Source of the DNA: an uncultured Chloroflexia bacterium
GTDB lineage: Bacteria > Chloroflexota > Chloroflexia > Thermomicrobiales > UBA6265
Length of the DNA: 64,000 bases
Direction of reading: 5' to 3'
NCBI GenBank assembly: GCA_963724295.1
Contig: CAVRUC010000007.1
Span: 480,001-544,000 of the forward strand
Of the stretch, positions 41,812 to 51,576 are shown piece after piece. Position numbers and translations under genes: made by a program. Positions within the stretch are counted from its first letter, which is position 1. Each line of letters opens with the position of its first letter. A model generated the notes under the pieces. It searched no databases and was not told the origin of the DNA. It worked only from the letters and a program-made list of their open reading frames with translations.

Positions 41812-43221
41812 GAAGCGAGAGACGTGACGGACCACGGGGCGGCGCTTCAGGGTGACGCGACGAGTCATACGGCTCACGACTCTCCACCTCCGGCTGACGG
41901 CTCGCGGATCGCCGTCATTGGCGGCGGCATCACCGGGCTGACCGCCGCCCTCCGCCTGGCGCAACACGGGCATCAGGTCACCCTCTGGGAGCGTGGAGAG
42001 CGGCTCGGCGGACAAGCCAACGCCTTCCCGGTTGCGGGCACGGCGATCGAACGCTTCTACCATCATCTCTTCCAGAGCGATCGTGAGATCGTCGCCCTGG
42101 CGGAGGAGATTGGCATCGGCGATCGCCTGGTCTGGCTTCCCTCGAACGTCGGCTACTTCGCGGACGGGCGCATCTGGCCCCTGAACGGCGCTCTCGACCT
42201 GCTCCGCCTGGGGTTTCTGCCGATCCACGACCGCATCCGCGTCGGACTGGTCACCGCCTATCTCCAGCGCGTACGCGACTGGAAGCGCTTTGAAACAGTC
42301 ACTGCCGCATCCTGGCTGCGCCGGGCGCTGGGGTCCCGCGCCTACGACCGCACCTTCGGCGCGCAGCTGCGGGCGAAGTTCGGGCGCTATCACGATCAGG
42401 TGGCCATGGTCTGGTTTTGGGGCAAGATCTGGTTGCGGACGACATCGAGACGATCGCCGCTTGAAGGCGAGCGCCTTGGCTACTTTCAGGGCAGCTTCAA
42501 CGTCCTGATCGACGCCCTGGCTTGCGCCGCCCGAACCGCGGGAGCTGAGCTGGTCACCGGCGATGGACCAGCCGAGTTGAGACCACGTGACGGTGGCTGG
42601 GACGTCGTCCTCGACAGCGGCGTGGTCCCCGTCGACGCCGTCGTCGTCACCACGCCGTCACCCGTTCTGGCACGCCTGGTTCCCAGTCTCCCCGAGCCGT
42701 ATCGAGAGAAACTCGGCGGATTGGAGTATGAGGCGGCCGTCGTCGCCTTGCTTCAACTGACGCGACCCCTCTCCGACATCTACTGGCTCAATGTCGCGGA
42801 CGACGATCTGCCATTTACGGGGGTCATCGAGCACACCAACTTCATCTCCCCCGAGGAGTACGGCGGAAAACGGTTCGTCTACCTATCGAAGTACCTGGAG
42901 CCGGACCATCCCTACTTTTCGATGCCGGACGATCAGCTGATCGACGCCTACGTTCCATTCCTGCAGCGTATCAATCCCGAATTCGATCGTTCCTGGATCG
43001 AACGATCCTGGGTCTTTCGCGAACGGTCGGCTCAGCCGATCATTCCCCTCAACTACGGCCAGCGCATTCCGGCTCATCGTACCGGGCTGCCCGGACTTTA
43101 CCTGGCCAACACGACCCAGATTTATCCGGAAGACCGTGGCACGAACTACAGCGTGCGCCTCGGGAATCAGATTGCCGCGCTCGTCGCCGACGACCTCGCT
43201 AGCGAACCCGTTCGAGATTGA
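41803..43221 (+). CDS. FAD-dependent oxidoreductase (HemY/amine-oxidase-like)
   Basis: IAVIGGGITGLTAA, ERFYHH and IYPEDRG motifs; start position uncertain. Confidence 0.85.
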   Translation: MSPEARDVTDHGAALQGDATSHTAHDSPPPADGSRIAVIGGGITGLTAALRLAQHGHQVTLWERGERLGGQANAFPVAGTAIERFYHHLFQSDREIVALAEEIGIGDRLVWLPSNVGYFADGRIWPLNGALDLLRLGFLPIHDRIRVGLVTAYLQRVRDWKRFETVTAASWLRRALGSRAYDRTFGAQLRAKFGRYHDQVAMVWFWGKIWLRTTSRRSPLEGERLGYFQGSFNVLIDALACAARTAGAELVTGDGPAELRPRDGGWDVVLDSGVVPVDAVVVTTPSPVLARLVPSLPEPYREKLGGLEYEAAVVALLQLTRPLSDIYWLNVADDDLPFTGVIEHTNFISPEEYGGKRFVYLSKYLEPDHPYFSMPDDQLIDAYVPFLQRINPEFDRSWIERSWVFRERSAQPIIPLNYGQRIPAHRTGLPGLYLANTTQIYPEDRGTNYSVRLGNQIAALVADDLASEPVRD

Positions 43222-43234
43222 CGGCGGAGCGACG

Positions 43235-44026
43235 ATGACCCCGGCGCGCATCCCGCGTCTCGAGCTCCAGGACATCGTCTCGACCTACGAGGAGGCTGGC
43301 CAACGTCTCATCGCCCTCGATGGACTGAGCCTGACCGTTGGCACGGCGGAATTCGTGGCGCTGGTCGGGCCCTCGGGATCGGGTAAGAGCACTCTGCTCG
43401 ACATCGTCGCCGGGCTCATCACCCAGGACAGCGGCGCCGTTCGACTGGATGGTGAGGCGACCACCGCGAAGCAACGACTTGGCCAATCGGCCTACATGCA
43501 GCAGCGAGATTTGCTGCTACCCTGGCGAACCACCACCGGCAACGCCGCGTTGGGGCTCGAGGCGTCGGGGGTATCCCGTTCAGTAGCCGAGCACATGGCG
43601 GCTGCCGAGCTCTGGCGTTTTGGACTCGATGGCTTTGGCAACGCCTATCCGGCCCAGCTCTCGGGCGGCATGCGCCAGCGCGCGGCGTTTCTGCGCACCA
43701 TCCTGCCGCGCAAGGAACTCGTGCTCTTCGATGAACCGTTCGGCGCGCTCGACGCCTTGACTCGCTCGGAACTGCAGGCCTGGCTGGCTGGTTTGTGGGA
43801 GCAAGAGCGATCGTCGGTGCTGCTTGTGACGCACGATGTCGAAGAAGCCGTTTTTCTGGCGGACCGGGTGATCGTCCTCACGCCACGACCGGGCCGCGTC
43901 GCATTTGAATTGACGATCTCGTTGCCGCGCCCCCGGACACGCGCCATGATCGCGTCGCCGGAATTCATCCGGGACCGTGCCACCCTGCTCCAGGCGCTAG
44001 GACTGTTAAGCGAGCCGCTTCCATGA
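43235..44026 (+). CDS. ABC transporter ATP-binding protein (NitT/TauT family)
   Basis: GPSGSGKST, LSGGMRQR and DEPFGALD motifs. Confidence 0.93.
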   Translation: MTPARIPRLELQDIVSTYEEAGQRLIALDGLSLTVGTAEFVALVGPSGSGKSTLLDIVAGLITQDSGAVRLDGEATTAKQRLGQSAYMQQRDLLLPWRTTTGNAALGLEASGVSRSVAEHMAAAELWRFGLDGFGNAYPAQLSGGMRQRAAFLRTILPRKELVLFDEPFGALDALTRSELQAWLAGLWEQERSSVLLVTHDVEEAVFLADRVIVLTPRPGRVAFELTISLPRPRTRAMIASPEFIRDRATLLQALGLLSEPLP

Positions 44027-44805
44027 CCCTGGGCGGCCTCCAACGGCAAGCGGGCTGGGTTTTGCCGCTCCTCTTGATCGCCTTGGTCGTGGGCGTCTGG
44101 GAAATCGTGGTTCGTCTCTCGGGGGTACCGTTGTGGCTCCTGCCGGCGCCGAGCGACGTCGTGCGATCCCTGGTCGAGGATCGAGACATCCTGCTGCCGA
44201 ACGCTTTGGTAACGTTCACCGAGGTCCTGATCGGGTTCGCTTGCGCGGTGATCGCCGGTGTGGGGCTGGGCATAGTGGTCTACCGTTCGCCGACGCTCTA
44301 CCGGGCGCTCTACCCGATCATCATCGCCAGCCAGACCATCCCGATCCCCGCGCTGGCGCCGCTGCTCCTCGTCTCGCTGGGGTACGGTCTCGGGCCCAAG
44401 GTGATCGTCACCGCCCTCGTTGGATTCTTCCCGATCGTGGTCAACACCGTCGAAGGTCTGCACTCGACCGACCGCGACGTGGTCAATCTCTTGCGCTCCT
44501 TTGGCGCTTCCCGGGGAAAGGTCTTCCGGCTGGCGGAATTCCCGTCGAGCTTGCCCTCGATCTTCGCGGGCGCCAGGATCGCCGTTGCGATCTGCGTCAT
44601 CGGCGCGGTCTTTGGCGAGCTCGTCGGCGCCAGAGCCGGTCTCGGCTATCTGATGATCCGCGCCATCGCGCAGTTCGAAACACCACGCATGGTGGCCGCG
44701 ATCGTGTTGCTCTCCGTGATGAGCACGAGCCTGTTCGCTTTGGTCGGCCTCGTCGAGCGAGCGGTGCTCCCGTGGCGCAGATACTCCACCATGAGCCGCT
44801 CGTAG
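44023..44805 (+). CDS. ABC transporter permease (NitT/TauT family)
   Basis: LLPAPS, QTIP and FFPIVVN motifs, EAA-like loop. Confidence 0.92.
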   Translation: MTLGGLQRQAGWVLPLLLIALVVGVWEIVVRLSGVPLWLLPAPSDVVRSLVEDRDILLPNALVTFTEVLIGFACAVIAGVGLGIVVYRSPTLYRALYPIIIASQTIPIPALAPLLLVSLGYGLGPKVIVTALVGFFPIVVNTVEGLHSTDRDVVNLLRSFGASRGKVFRLAEFPSSLPSIFAGARIAVAICVIGAVFGELVGARAGLGYLMIRAIAQFETPRMVAAIVLLSVMSTSLFALVGLVERAVLPWRRYSTMSRS

Positions 44806-44812
44806 CCCCGAG

Positions 44813-45601
44813 TCATTCGCCCAAAGCCGACGGGACCGCTCCGCTGGGCGACTGCCATACGCCTGGTTTGACTGCCACGTGCAGCGCCACCGTGCCCAGG
44901 CCGAGTCGCAGGTAGCGCACGTGGGAGAACCCAGCCTCGAGCATCATCTCGCCCAGCGTGTCGGCATCCGGGAACGCCGCCGCGGAAGCGGGCAGATAGC
45001 GGTAGGCATCCCGGTCGCCGCTGAGCAGGCCGCCAACGATCGGCACGACCCGAGCGAAGTACCAGTCGAAAACAGCCCGCAACACCGGCGCCCGGAGCGG
45101 CGTCGTTTCCAGACAAACCAGCGTTCCGGTAGGCCGCAGCACCCGCGCCATTTCGCGCAATGCCGCCGGGTAGCTGGGCATGTTGCGCAGTCCGAACGCC
45201 ACCGTCACGGCGTCGAACGACACATCCGGAAATGGCAGCGCCATCGCGTCGCCCTCGACCCAGGCGATGCGCCGGTCGCGAACCGCCGCGCCTTCTTTGC
45301 GGATCGCCGCATCCAGCATCGCCGCGGAGTAGTCGAGCCCAACTACGTCGGCGCCCGCGTCGCGAAGCGCGAGGGCAAGGTCGCCGGTACCCGTCGCCAC
45401 ATCGAGGACCCGCGTCTGGGTCCGGTTGCGACCGCGAAGCGCCTCGCGCACCGCCAGGCGCCGCCAGGCGAGGTCCCGGCCACCGGTCATCAGCCGGTTC
45501 ATGAGGTCGTACCGTGGCACGATGCGATCGAACATCTCCCGCACGTCAGCGCGGGATCTGATCGCTCCCTGGGTCGCCACCGGGCGGGGGTCTCGCTTCA
45601 C
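44813..45601 (-). CDS. menG: Demethylmenaquinone methyltransferase
   Basis: YDLMN, LDVATGTGD and AFGLRN motifs; GTGA overlap with the menA stop. Confidence 0.9.
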   Translation of the reverse strand: MKRDPRPVATQGAIRSRADVREMFDRIVPRYDLMNRLMTGGRDLAWRRLAVREALRGRNRTQTRVLDVATGTGDLALALRDAGADVVGLDYSAAMLDAAIRKEGAAVRDRRIAWVEGDAMALPFPDVSFDAVTVAFGLRNMPSYPAALREMARVLRPTGTLVCLETTPLRAPVLRAVFDWYFARVVPIVGGLLSGDRDAYRYLPASAAAFPDADTLGEMMLEAGFSHVRYLRLGLGTVALHVAVKPGVWQSPSGAVPSALGE

Positions 45602-46503
45602 AGGATGATTCCGGCCCCGAGAGTCATGGCGAACCACAGGCAGAGCCGGGCTGTCCCGCCTAGTACCGGGTTCAACGCCCGGCCGCTAACGTGCCAGACC
45701 CGCCAGACCAGGAGGGTCGCCAGGGGAGCTGTCGTCAAGGACAGAAGCGGACCCGGCCGGGTCATCTCCAATGCCCACATCACGAGCGGCATGGCGTAGG
45801 CCATCGCGATCAACGCCGTGTACTCCCAACGTGTGGCTCCCCTTCCGATGCGGACGGCCAGCGTGCGCTTTCCCGCTACGCGGTCGGTATCGATGTCGCG
45901 CAAGTTGTTGACGACGAGGATGGCGGTGACCAGGCAACCCATCGAGATCGATGCGAGGAGCGCCAGCCGCGTGATGTGCTGCGTCATGACAAAGACCGTA
46001 CCCGCCACGGCCACGGGACCGAAGAAGACGAAGACGAAGATCTCTCCCAGTCCCAGGTAGCCGAACGGCTTCGGCCCCGCGGTGTAGGTCACGGCAGCCG
46101 CGATGGCAAGCAGGCCGAGCACCGCCAGGACCGGCCCACCGCGCCAGACGAGATAGAGACCGGGGACCGCCGCCGCTAGCAAGACCGCCGCCGTCGCCAA
46201 GACGATCTGCCGGGGCGGGATGAGACCGCCCTGCGTCACACGCAGCGGGCCTAGGCGATCTGCCGTATCGGCACCGCGCCGGAAATCGGCCACGTCGTTG
46301 GCCAGGTTCGCCCCGACTTGCAGGAGCAGCGCCACAGCGAATGCGGCGAGCGCGGCAACGAGATCGAATCCGCCCTCCGCCCGCGCCACGGCGCAGCCAA
46401 CCAGAACCGGCGAGATCGCGGCCGGAAGCGTCTTTGGCCGAACGGCGAGTAGCCATGCAGAGAGGGGTGCGACGGTTGCAGGTGAATTCATGGTGGTCGA
46501 CAT
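45598..46503 (-). CDS. menA: 1,4-dihydroxy-2-naphthoate polyprenyltransferase
   Basis: RPKTLPAA, NLAND and NNLRDIDTD...GKRTLAV motifs. Confidence 0.93.
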   Translation of the reverse strand: MSTTMNSPATVAPLSAWLLAVRPKTLPAAISPVLVGCAVARAEGGFDLVAALAAFAVALLLQVGANLANDVADFRRGADTADRLGPLRVTQGGLIPPRQIVLATAAVLLAAAVPGLYLVWRGGPVLAVLGLLAIAAAVTYTAGPKPFGYLGLGEIFVFVFFGPVAVAGTVFVMTQHITRLALLASISMGCLVTAILVVNNLRDIDTDRVAGKRTLAVRIGRGATRWEYTALIAMAYAMPLVMWALEMTRPGPLLSLTTAPLATLLVWRVWHVSGRALNPVLGGTARLCLWFAMTLGAGIIL

Positions 46504-46563
46504 GCGGACGATGGTACTGCGTCCGTCCTCCTGGCACGCGACCGGCACGGAGGCCGAACATTA

Positions 46564-46572
46564 TGGTATGAT
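46564..46572 (+). promoter_or_regulatory. Extended -10 promoter of ssrA
   Basis: TGGTATGAT 10 nt upstream of the tmRNA 5' end. Confidence 0.65.
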
Positions 46573-46582
46573 TAGCGAGCTT

Positions 46583-46942
46583 GGGGATGTTTGGTTTCGA
46601 CAGGGTCGTATGTCAGGTAGGTGCGTGCCGAGGCGCCCGAGGCCTCGTAAAAACGGGCAACCAAGAGCTGCGGAATCTGATTTCGCTTTCGCTGCCTAAG
46701 TCACTGACCTCTAGGTAGCGCGTCTGTCCGGACCTCCGCCTTCCGGGACCGGGTACAGGCGTCACTCAGGAAGGATGCGGTGACCTAGTCCGCCGAAGCG
46801 CGGTCACCCAAGACAGTTCGGCTCACCACAGCGGGATCCCGTCGGTAGGAGACCGCGGTGGCACATAAAATGCCGACTACGCACGTAGGATGCTACCGGC
46901 CAGCGGTTCTGGACGGGGGTTCGAATCCCCCCATCTCCACCA
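46583..46942 (+). ncRNA. ssrA: tmRNA; tag peptide approximately AESDFAFAA*
   Basis: 5' GGGGATG...TTCGAC, 3' GGGGGTTCGAATCCCCCCATCTCCACCA, internal tag ORF ending FAA-TAA at 46699. Confidence 0.95.
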
Positions 46943-46950
46943 ATTGCGTG

Positions 46951-46988
46951 ACGGCCCGCCACTCGCGACTTGCAGTGGCGGGTCGTTT
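46951..46988 (+). terminator. Terminator after ssrA
   Basis: acggcccgccact...agtggcgggtcgt followed by T residues. Confidence 0.6.
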
Positions 46989-47148
46989 GCGTTGTGCCGA
47001 TCTTCCCCAGGACATGTTCCGAAGTGGCCGGCTTCTTGCTTTTCAGTGCGGCCAGAAGGCCTGGTCCTCGTCTGGCATGGCGGAGCGTCTCGTCGTCGCC
47101 AGCGCCACAGGTACTCCAGGTTCGTTTATCCGAGGATAGGTTCGGAAC

Positions 47149-48519
47149 ATGGCCGGCGCCGTCTCGCTGAGCTTGAAAACGATCGATACATCGCCCGGCG
47201 GCCGGATGGAGCTCGGGAAGCGATTGCGAGCGAGCCTGCCTCGGTCGGACCACGCCGACTACGTGCCTTCACCGGCACGCCCGGACCCAATCGCACAGTT
47301 ACGGCAGTCCCATCGCCGCCGCAGCACGCACCTCGTTTCCATCCGGTATGGCCGCATGGCTCGCTCGCCGTTCGCGTTCATGCGTGGCTCGGCGGCCATC
47401 ATGGCGCTCGATCTCGCGACCACACCGACAACCGGGTTGCTCGTTCAGCTCTGCGGTGATGCCCATATCGGCAATTTTGGCGGCTACGCCACCGCCGAGC
47501 GATCGCTTGTGTTCGATCTCAACGATTTTGACGAAACGCTGCCCGGTCCCTGGGAGTGGGACGTGAAGCGGCTCGCCGTCAGTGTGACCCTGCTTGGCCG
47601 TGAAAATGGACTGAAGGCTGCCACCTGCCGTCAGGCGGTCTGCGCCATGTCGCGGGCGTACCGCACGCGGATGCGGGAGCTCAGCGACAAACCATATCTC
47701 GATATCTGGTTCACGCCGACGCGCGCTGAAGCCGCGGTCGATGCCTCGGGGGATGATTCCTCACTTCTCGAGAAAGCACTCCACGATGGGCTGCATCGCA
47801 CCAATCTCGCGACGCTGCCAAAGCTCACCGACGAGCGGAACGGCCGACGGCGCTTTCGGGACGATCCACCAACCGTGACTCGTCGTGCGGACCGGCTGCG
47901 CCGGGATCTCGGCGAGGTGCTGGCGATCTATCGCCGCTCACTGACCATTGATCGGCGCCTCTTCCTGGATCGGTACACCGTCGCCGACGTCGCCCGCAAA
48001 GTGGTGGGTGTCAGCAGCGTCGGGCTTGGATCCTATGTCCTGCTGCTGGAAGGTCCCGGCTCTGATGATCCGCTCTTCCTCCAGCTCAAGGAGGCGCCAC
48101 CGTCCGTACTCGAGGCGCACTTGACCAAGAGCCCATTCCCACACAATGGCCAGCGGGTCGTAGCTGGACAGCGCATCATGCAGGCTGCCAGCGATCCGCT
48201 CCTCGGGTGGACGCAACTCGGCGGACGCGATTTCTATGTGCGCCAACTGCGGGACATGAAAGCCACGATTCCGATCGAGCGGTTCGATGCCGACGGGCTC
48301 GCGGACTACGTGGTGCTCTGCGCCAGCGTGCTGGCCCGCGCTCACGCCTGCTCGGGCGATGGAGCGCAGATTGCCGGATACCTGGGGCGCGGCGACCAAT
48401 TCGACAGCGCCATGGCCAGGTACGCGGAATCCTACGCTGACCAGGTCGAACAGGATCACCAGGCGCTGCTGGCGGCCATAGCCGACGGCAAGGTGCGGGC
48501 CACAGTCGAGGACGATTGA
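47149..48519 (+). CDS. DUF2252 family protein
   Basis: RYGRMARSPFAFMRG, GDAHIGNFG, DLNDFDE and YVRQLRDMK motifs. Confidence 0.9.
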   Translation: MAGAVSLSLKTIDTSPGGRMELGKRLRASLPRSDHADYVPSPARPDPIAQLRQSHRRRSTHLVSIRYGRMARSPFAFMRGSAAIMALDLATTPTTGLLVQLCGDAHIGNFGGYATAERSLVFDLNDFDETLPGPWEWDVKRLAVSVTLLGRENGLKAATCRQAVCAMSRAYRTRMRELSDKPYLDIWFTPTRAEAAVDASGDDSSLLEKALHDGLHRTNLATLPKLTDERNGRRRFRDDPPTVTRRADRLRRDLGEVLAIYRRSLTIDRRLFLDRYTVADVARKVVGVSSVGLGSYVLLLEGPGSDDPLFLQLKEAPPSVLEAHLTKSPFPHNGQRVVAGQRIMQAASDPLLGWTQLGGRDFYVRQLRDMKATIPIERFDADGLADYVVLCASVLARAHACSGDGAQIAGYLGRGDQFDSAMARYAESYADQVEQDHQALLAAIADGKVRATVEDD

Positions 48520-48526
48520 CGACCGC

Positions 48527-49003
48527 TCAGGTGGTTGAACCCGAAACCGGGGTCCCTTCGGTCGTCGCGGCGCCTGCGACGACTTCACGCTCGAGAATCT
48601 CCAGATCACCCGTCATCGTCCGGTGCACTGGACACTTCCCCGCGATCTCGATCAGGCGCGCCCGCTGGTCTTCATCGAGATTGCCTTGCAGCGAAATCTC
48701 CTGGACGATCCGCTCGGCTTTCGTGCGAATCAGCTCACCACCGATCTCTTCGCTGACGACCACTCGCTCGTGATTGGCGCGGACTGACACGCCATCGACC
48801 GGCCAGCCCTTGCGCCGGGCATAGAGCAGGATCGTGAGCACGGTGCAATGCCCGAGGGCCGCCAGCAAGAGCTCATAGGGATTCGGTCCCAGACCGTTGC
48901 CGCCCGAATCGACCGGTTCGTCACCGATCAGCGCCAGGTCTCCGGTATCGATCCGCGTCTGGTAGGTCGTCCCTGGCACATGGGTGACGGTTACCGATGC
49001 CAC
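48527..49003 (-). CDS. OsmC family protein
   Basis: DEP...GPNPYELLLAALGHCT...KCPVHRT; GTG start after GAGGAG. Confidence 0.9.
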   Translation of the reverse strand: MASVTVTHVPGTTYQTRIDTGDLALIGDEPVDSGGNGLGPNPYELLLAALGHCTVLTILLYARRKGWPVDGVSVRANHERVVVSEEIGGELIRTKAERIVQEISLQGNLDEDQRARLIEIAGKCPVHRTMTGDLEILEREVVAGAATTEGTPVSGSTT

Positions 49004-49046
49004 GAGCGGCCTCTCCTCGACGCGGTCTGTGCGAAATGCATATGGA

Positions 49047-49871
49047 TCATCGGCGCTTGACGCCCTCGATTTTTGGTCGAAACAGCCACTGATCGGCGAT
49101 GTCGCCGTTGCCGAGATGTCTTGTAACGATCTCGGAAATCGCCGTCTTGTCGACAAGGTTGTAGAAGACCGGCCCCGGATAGACATTCAATGAGGGGCCA
49201 TAGTCGCAACGGTTGCGGCAGGTGGTGGCCAGGATCTCCACTCGATCAGAAAGCCCCGCCTCTTGCACCGCCCGCTCCAGAATCGGCATCAGGCTCCGGC
49301 TGCCGCGCTCGGTGCAGTTCGGTCCGAAGCAGAGGTGGACCCGATACTCGCGAGCCGCCGACCCAGCCGCTGCTGGCAGCTCATCCTCCGGCAACACCAG
49401 CCCCCACGGGAACCGCGCCGCGATGGCGTCACGGATCAAGCGGTAATCGTCCTCGCCGATTTCGTGCAGGTTGCCCTGAAAGGCGAGGGTCCAGTTGGCC
49501 GCCGGCCACTTCGCGACATAGGCCATTTGCCGAGCGATCGGCTCCGCCGGGACGGCGTCCGCCAAGGGCAATACGATCTCCGGCGCAATCTCGACCCGGA
49601 ACGGATAGTCCTCCGCCGCTTTCTCGGGATCACCGCTCTCCCAGATGCGCTCGTGGCTCTCGAAGTACGGGGATGTGATGGTGGCAATTCCGGCGAAAGC
49701 CTTGCGGCCGGTCAGGTAGTAGACGATCGTGTCTCCCGGCTTCATTCGCTCCGCCTTCTTGCGGTGACGTGATTTGAAGCCCTGGACGGTGAAGCCGTGC
49801 TCCGCCGTGCGCGCGAAGTTGTCGGGTGACCCGACGACGATCCAGTACGTCGGCATGGTTTGGTCAGTCAT
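49047..49871 (-). CDS. EVE domain-thioredoxin-like (2Fe-2S) ferredoxin fusion
   Basis: YWIVVGS...MKPGDTIVYY...YPFRV (EVE), then CFGPNC...CRNRC.GP...YP (Trx-like 2Fe-2S). Confidence 0.85.
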   Translation of the reverse strand: MTDQTMPTYWIVVGSPDNFARTAEHGFTVQGFKSRHRKKAERMKPGDTIVYYLTGRKAFAGIATITSPYFESHERIWESGDPEKAAEDYPFRVEIAPEIVLPLADAVPAEPIARQMAYVAKWPAANWTLAFQGNLHEIGEDDYRLIRDAIAARFPWGLVLPEDELPAAAGSAAREYRVHLCFGPNCTERGSRSLMPILERAVQEAGLSDRVEILATTCRNRCDYGPSLNVYPGPVFYNLVDKTAISEIVTRHLGNGDIADQWLFRPKIEGVKRR

Positions 49872-50100
49872 CCGGCTGTGGCTCCTTTTGCATCGGTTGC
49901 ACGCGCAGCAGATGCGATGCAGGGGGCGACATGAGGAGTATGTCACGCGCCGTCCAGCAGACGCCTTTGTCGTGTCGGAGAGGGCCTCTGCCCGAGTGCA
50001 TCATTCAGGCAAGGAATCGCGATTTTCCGGGATTTTCCATGCCGCGAACCCGGTACTATTGACATATCTCACGCCGGCCCCGGCGCACCTGGCAGACCGA

Positions 50101-51576
50101 ATGGTGGGAACCATCGTGGATCGCGAAACGCTGGTCGAAAAGCTGCGGAATATCGTCGGCGGAGACGCGGTCTTCTCGCGACCGGCCGACCTGCTCGTCT
50201 ACGAGTACGACGGTAGCGTCGACGGTGCTGTCGAGACCGCCGCGCCAAGCGCCGTCGCCCTGCCGACGACAGCGCAGCAGGTGGCGGAGATCGTCGTCCT
50301 GGCTCGCCAGGCTGGGCTGCCAGTGGTCGCCCGCGGGGCAGGCACAGGTCTCTCCGGTGGGGCTGTCCCACAGCAGGGCGGGATCATCATCAGCTTGACC
50401 CGCATGAATCGCGTCCTCGAGATCGACCGTGAAGACCGCACCGCGCTGGTCGAGCCCGGGGTCATCAACCTGGAGCTGTCGGAAGAGACCCTCGGGCATG
50501 GGTTCTTCTTCGCGCCCGATCCATCGAGCCAGAAAGCCTGCACCATCGGCGGGAACGTCGCCGAAAATTCCGGCGGGCCACACTGCCTCAAGTACGGCGT
50601 GACCACGAATCACATTCTTGGTCTGGAGATCGTCCTGCCTGACGGGCGCATTGTCTGGACCGGCGGCCGCTCGACCGGCCACTCCGGCTACGACCTCACG
50701 GGGGCCATGGTCGGGTCTGAAGGCATGCTCGGCATCGTTACCAAGGCATTGGTTCGGTTGACGCCGTCGCCCGAGGCCACGCTCGTCCTGCTCGCGCCAT
50801 TTCCCGACATCGAGTCGGCGTCCCACGCCACGTCTCGCATCATCGCCGCCGGGATCGTGCCCGCCGCGTTGGAGATGATGGACAACCTCACCATCCAGGC
50901 TGTCGAACCGGCCTATCACGCCGGCTACCCCATGGATGCGGGTGCGGTGCTCCTGATCGAGATCGATGGTGTTGCCGACGATGTCCGCGGCACCGGCGAA
51001 GAGATCGTGGCCATCTGCACCGAGTCGGGCGCGACCGAGGTGCGTTCCGCAACGGAGCGAGCCGAGCGCGACCTCCTCTGGAAGGGTCGCAAGATGGCCC
51101 TCGGCGCCATGGGCCGCCTCGCCCCGAACTACTACCTGCACGACACGGTCGTGCCGCGCTCCAAACTGCCGGCCACACTGCGCCGCGTCGAGGAGATCTC
51201 GCGCGACTTCGACCTGCCGATCGCCAATGTCTTTCACGCCGGTGACGGCAATCTCCATCCGCTGATGCTCTTCGATCGCCGGGTCGGCGGCGCGACGGAA
51301 CGGGTGCTCGAGGCGAGCAAGGAGATCATCACCTACTGCGTCGAGGTCGGCGGCGCCCTCTCCGGAGAGCATGGGATCGGAACCGAGAAGCGCGGCTACA
51401 TGACCCTGGTCTACACCGCCGACGATCTCGCGGCGATGGCGGGCCTCAAGAACAGCTTCGATCCCGCCGGGATGTTCAACCCGGAGAAGGTCTTTCCGAA
51501 GGGCTACATGTGTGGAGAGGTGCGCGCCCTGCGCATGCAGGCGATGGCCCAGAAGCTCGGTATCCATGCCCTTTAG
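50101..51576 (+). CDS. glcD: Glycolate oxidase subunit GlcD
   Basis: RGAGTGLSGG, PDPSS, GGPHCLKYG, HAGDGNLH and GEHGIG motifs. Confidence 0.92.
   Translation: MVGTIVDRETLVEKLRNIVGGDAVFSRPADLLVYEYDGSVDGAVETAAPSAVALPTTAQQVAEIVVLARQAGLPVVARGAGTGLSGGAVPQQGGIIISLTRMNRVLEIDREDRTALVEPGVINLELSEETLGHGFFFAPDPSSQKACTIGGNVAENSGGPHCLKYGVTTNHILGLEIVLPDGRIVWTGGRSTGHSGYDLTGAMVGSEGMLGIVTKALVRLTPSPEATLVLLAPFPDIESASHATSRIIAAGIVPAALEMMDNLTIQAVEPAYHAGYPMDAGAVLLIEIDGVADDVRGTGEEIVAICTESGATEVRSATERAERDLLWKGRKMALGAMGRLAPNYYLHDTVVPRSKLPATLRRVEEISRDFDLPIANVFHAGDGNLHPLMLFDRRVGGATERVLEASKEIITYCVEVGGALSGEHGIGTEKRGYMTLVYTADDLAAMAGLKNSFDPAGMFNPEKVFPKGYMCGEVRALRMQAMAQKLGIHAL

Noticed and set aside
46942..47150. Prophage or island integrated at ssrA or the tRNAs
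   Set aside because: No integrase or duplicated 3' end was seen; the flanking genes are ordinary.
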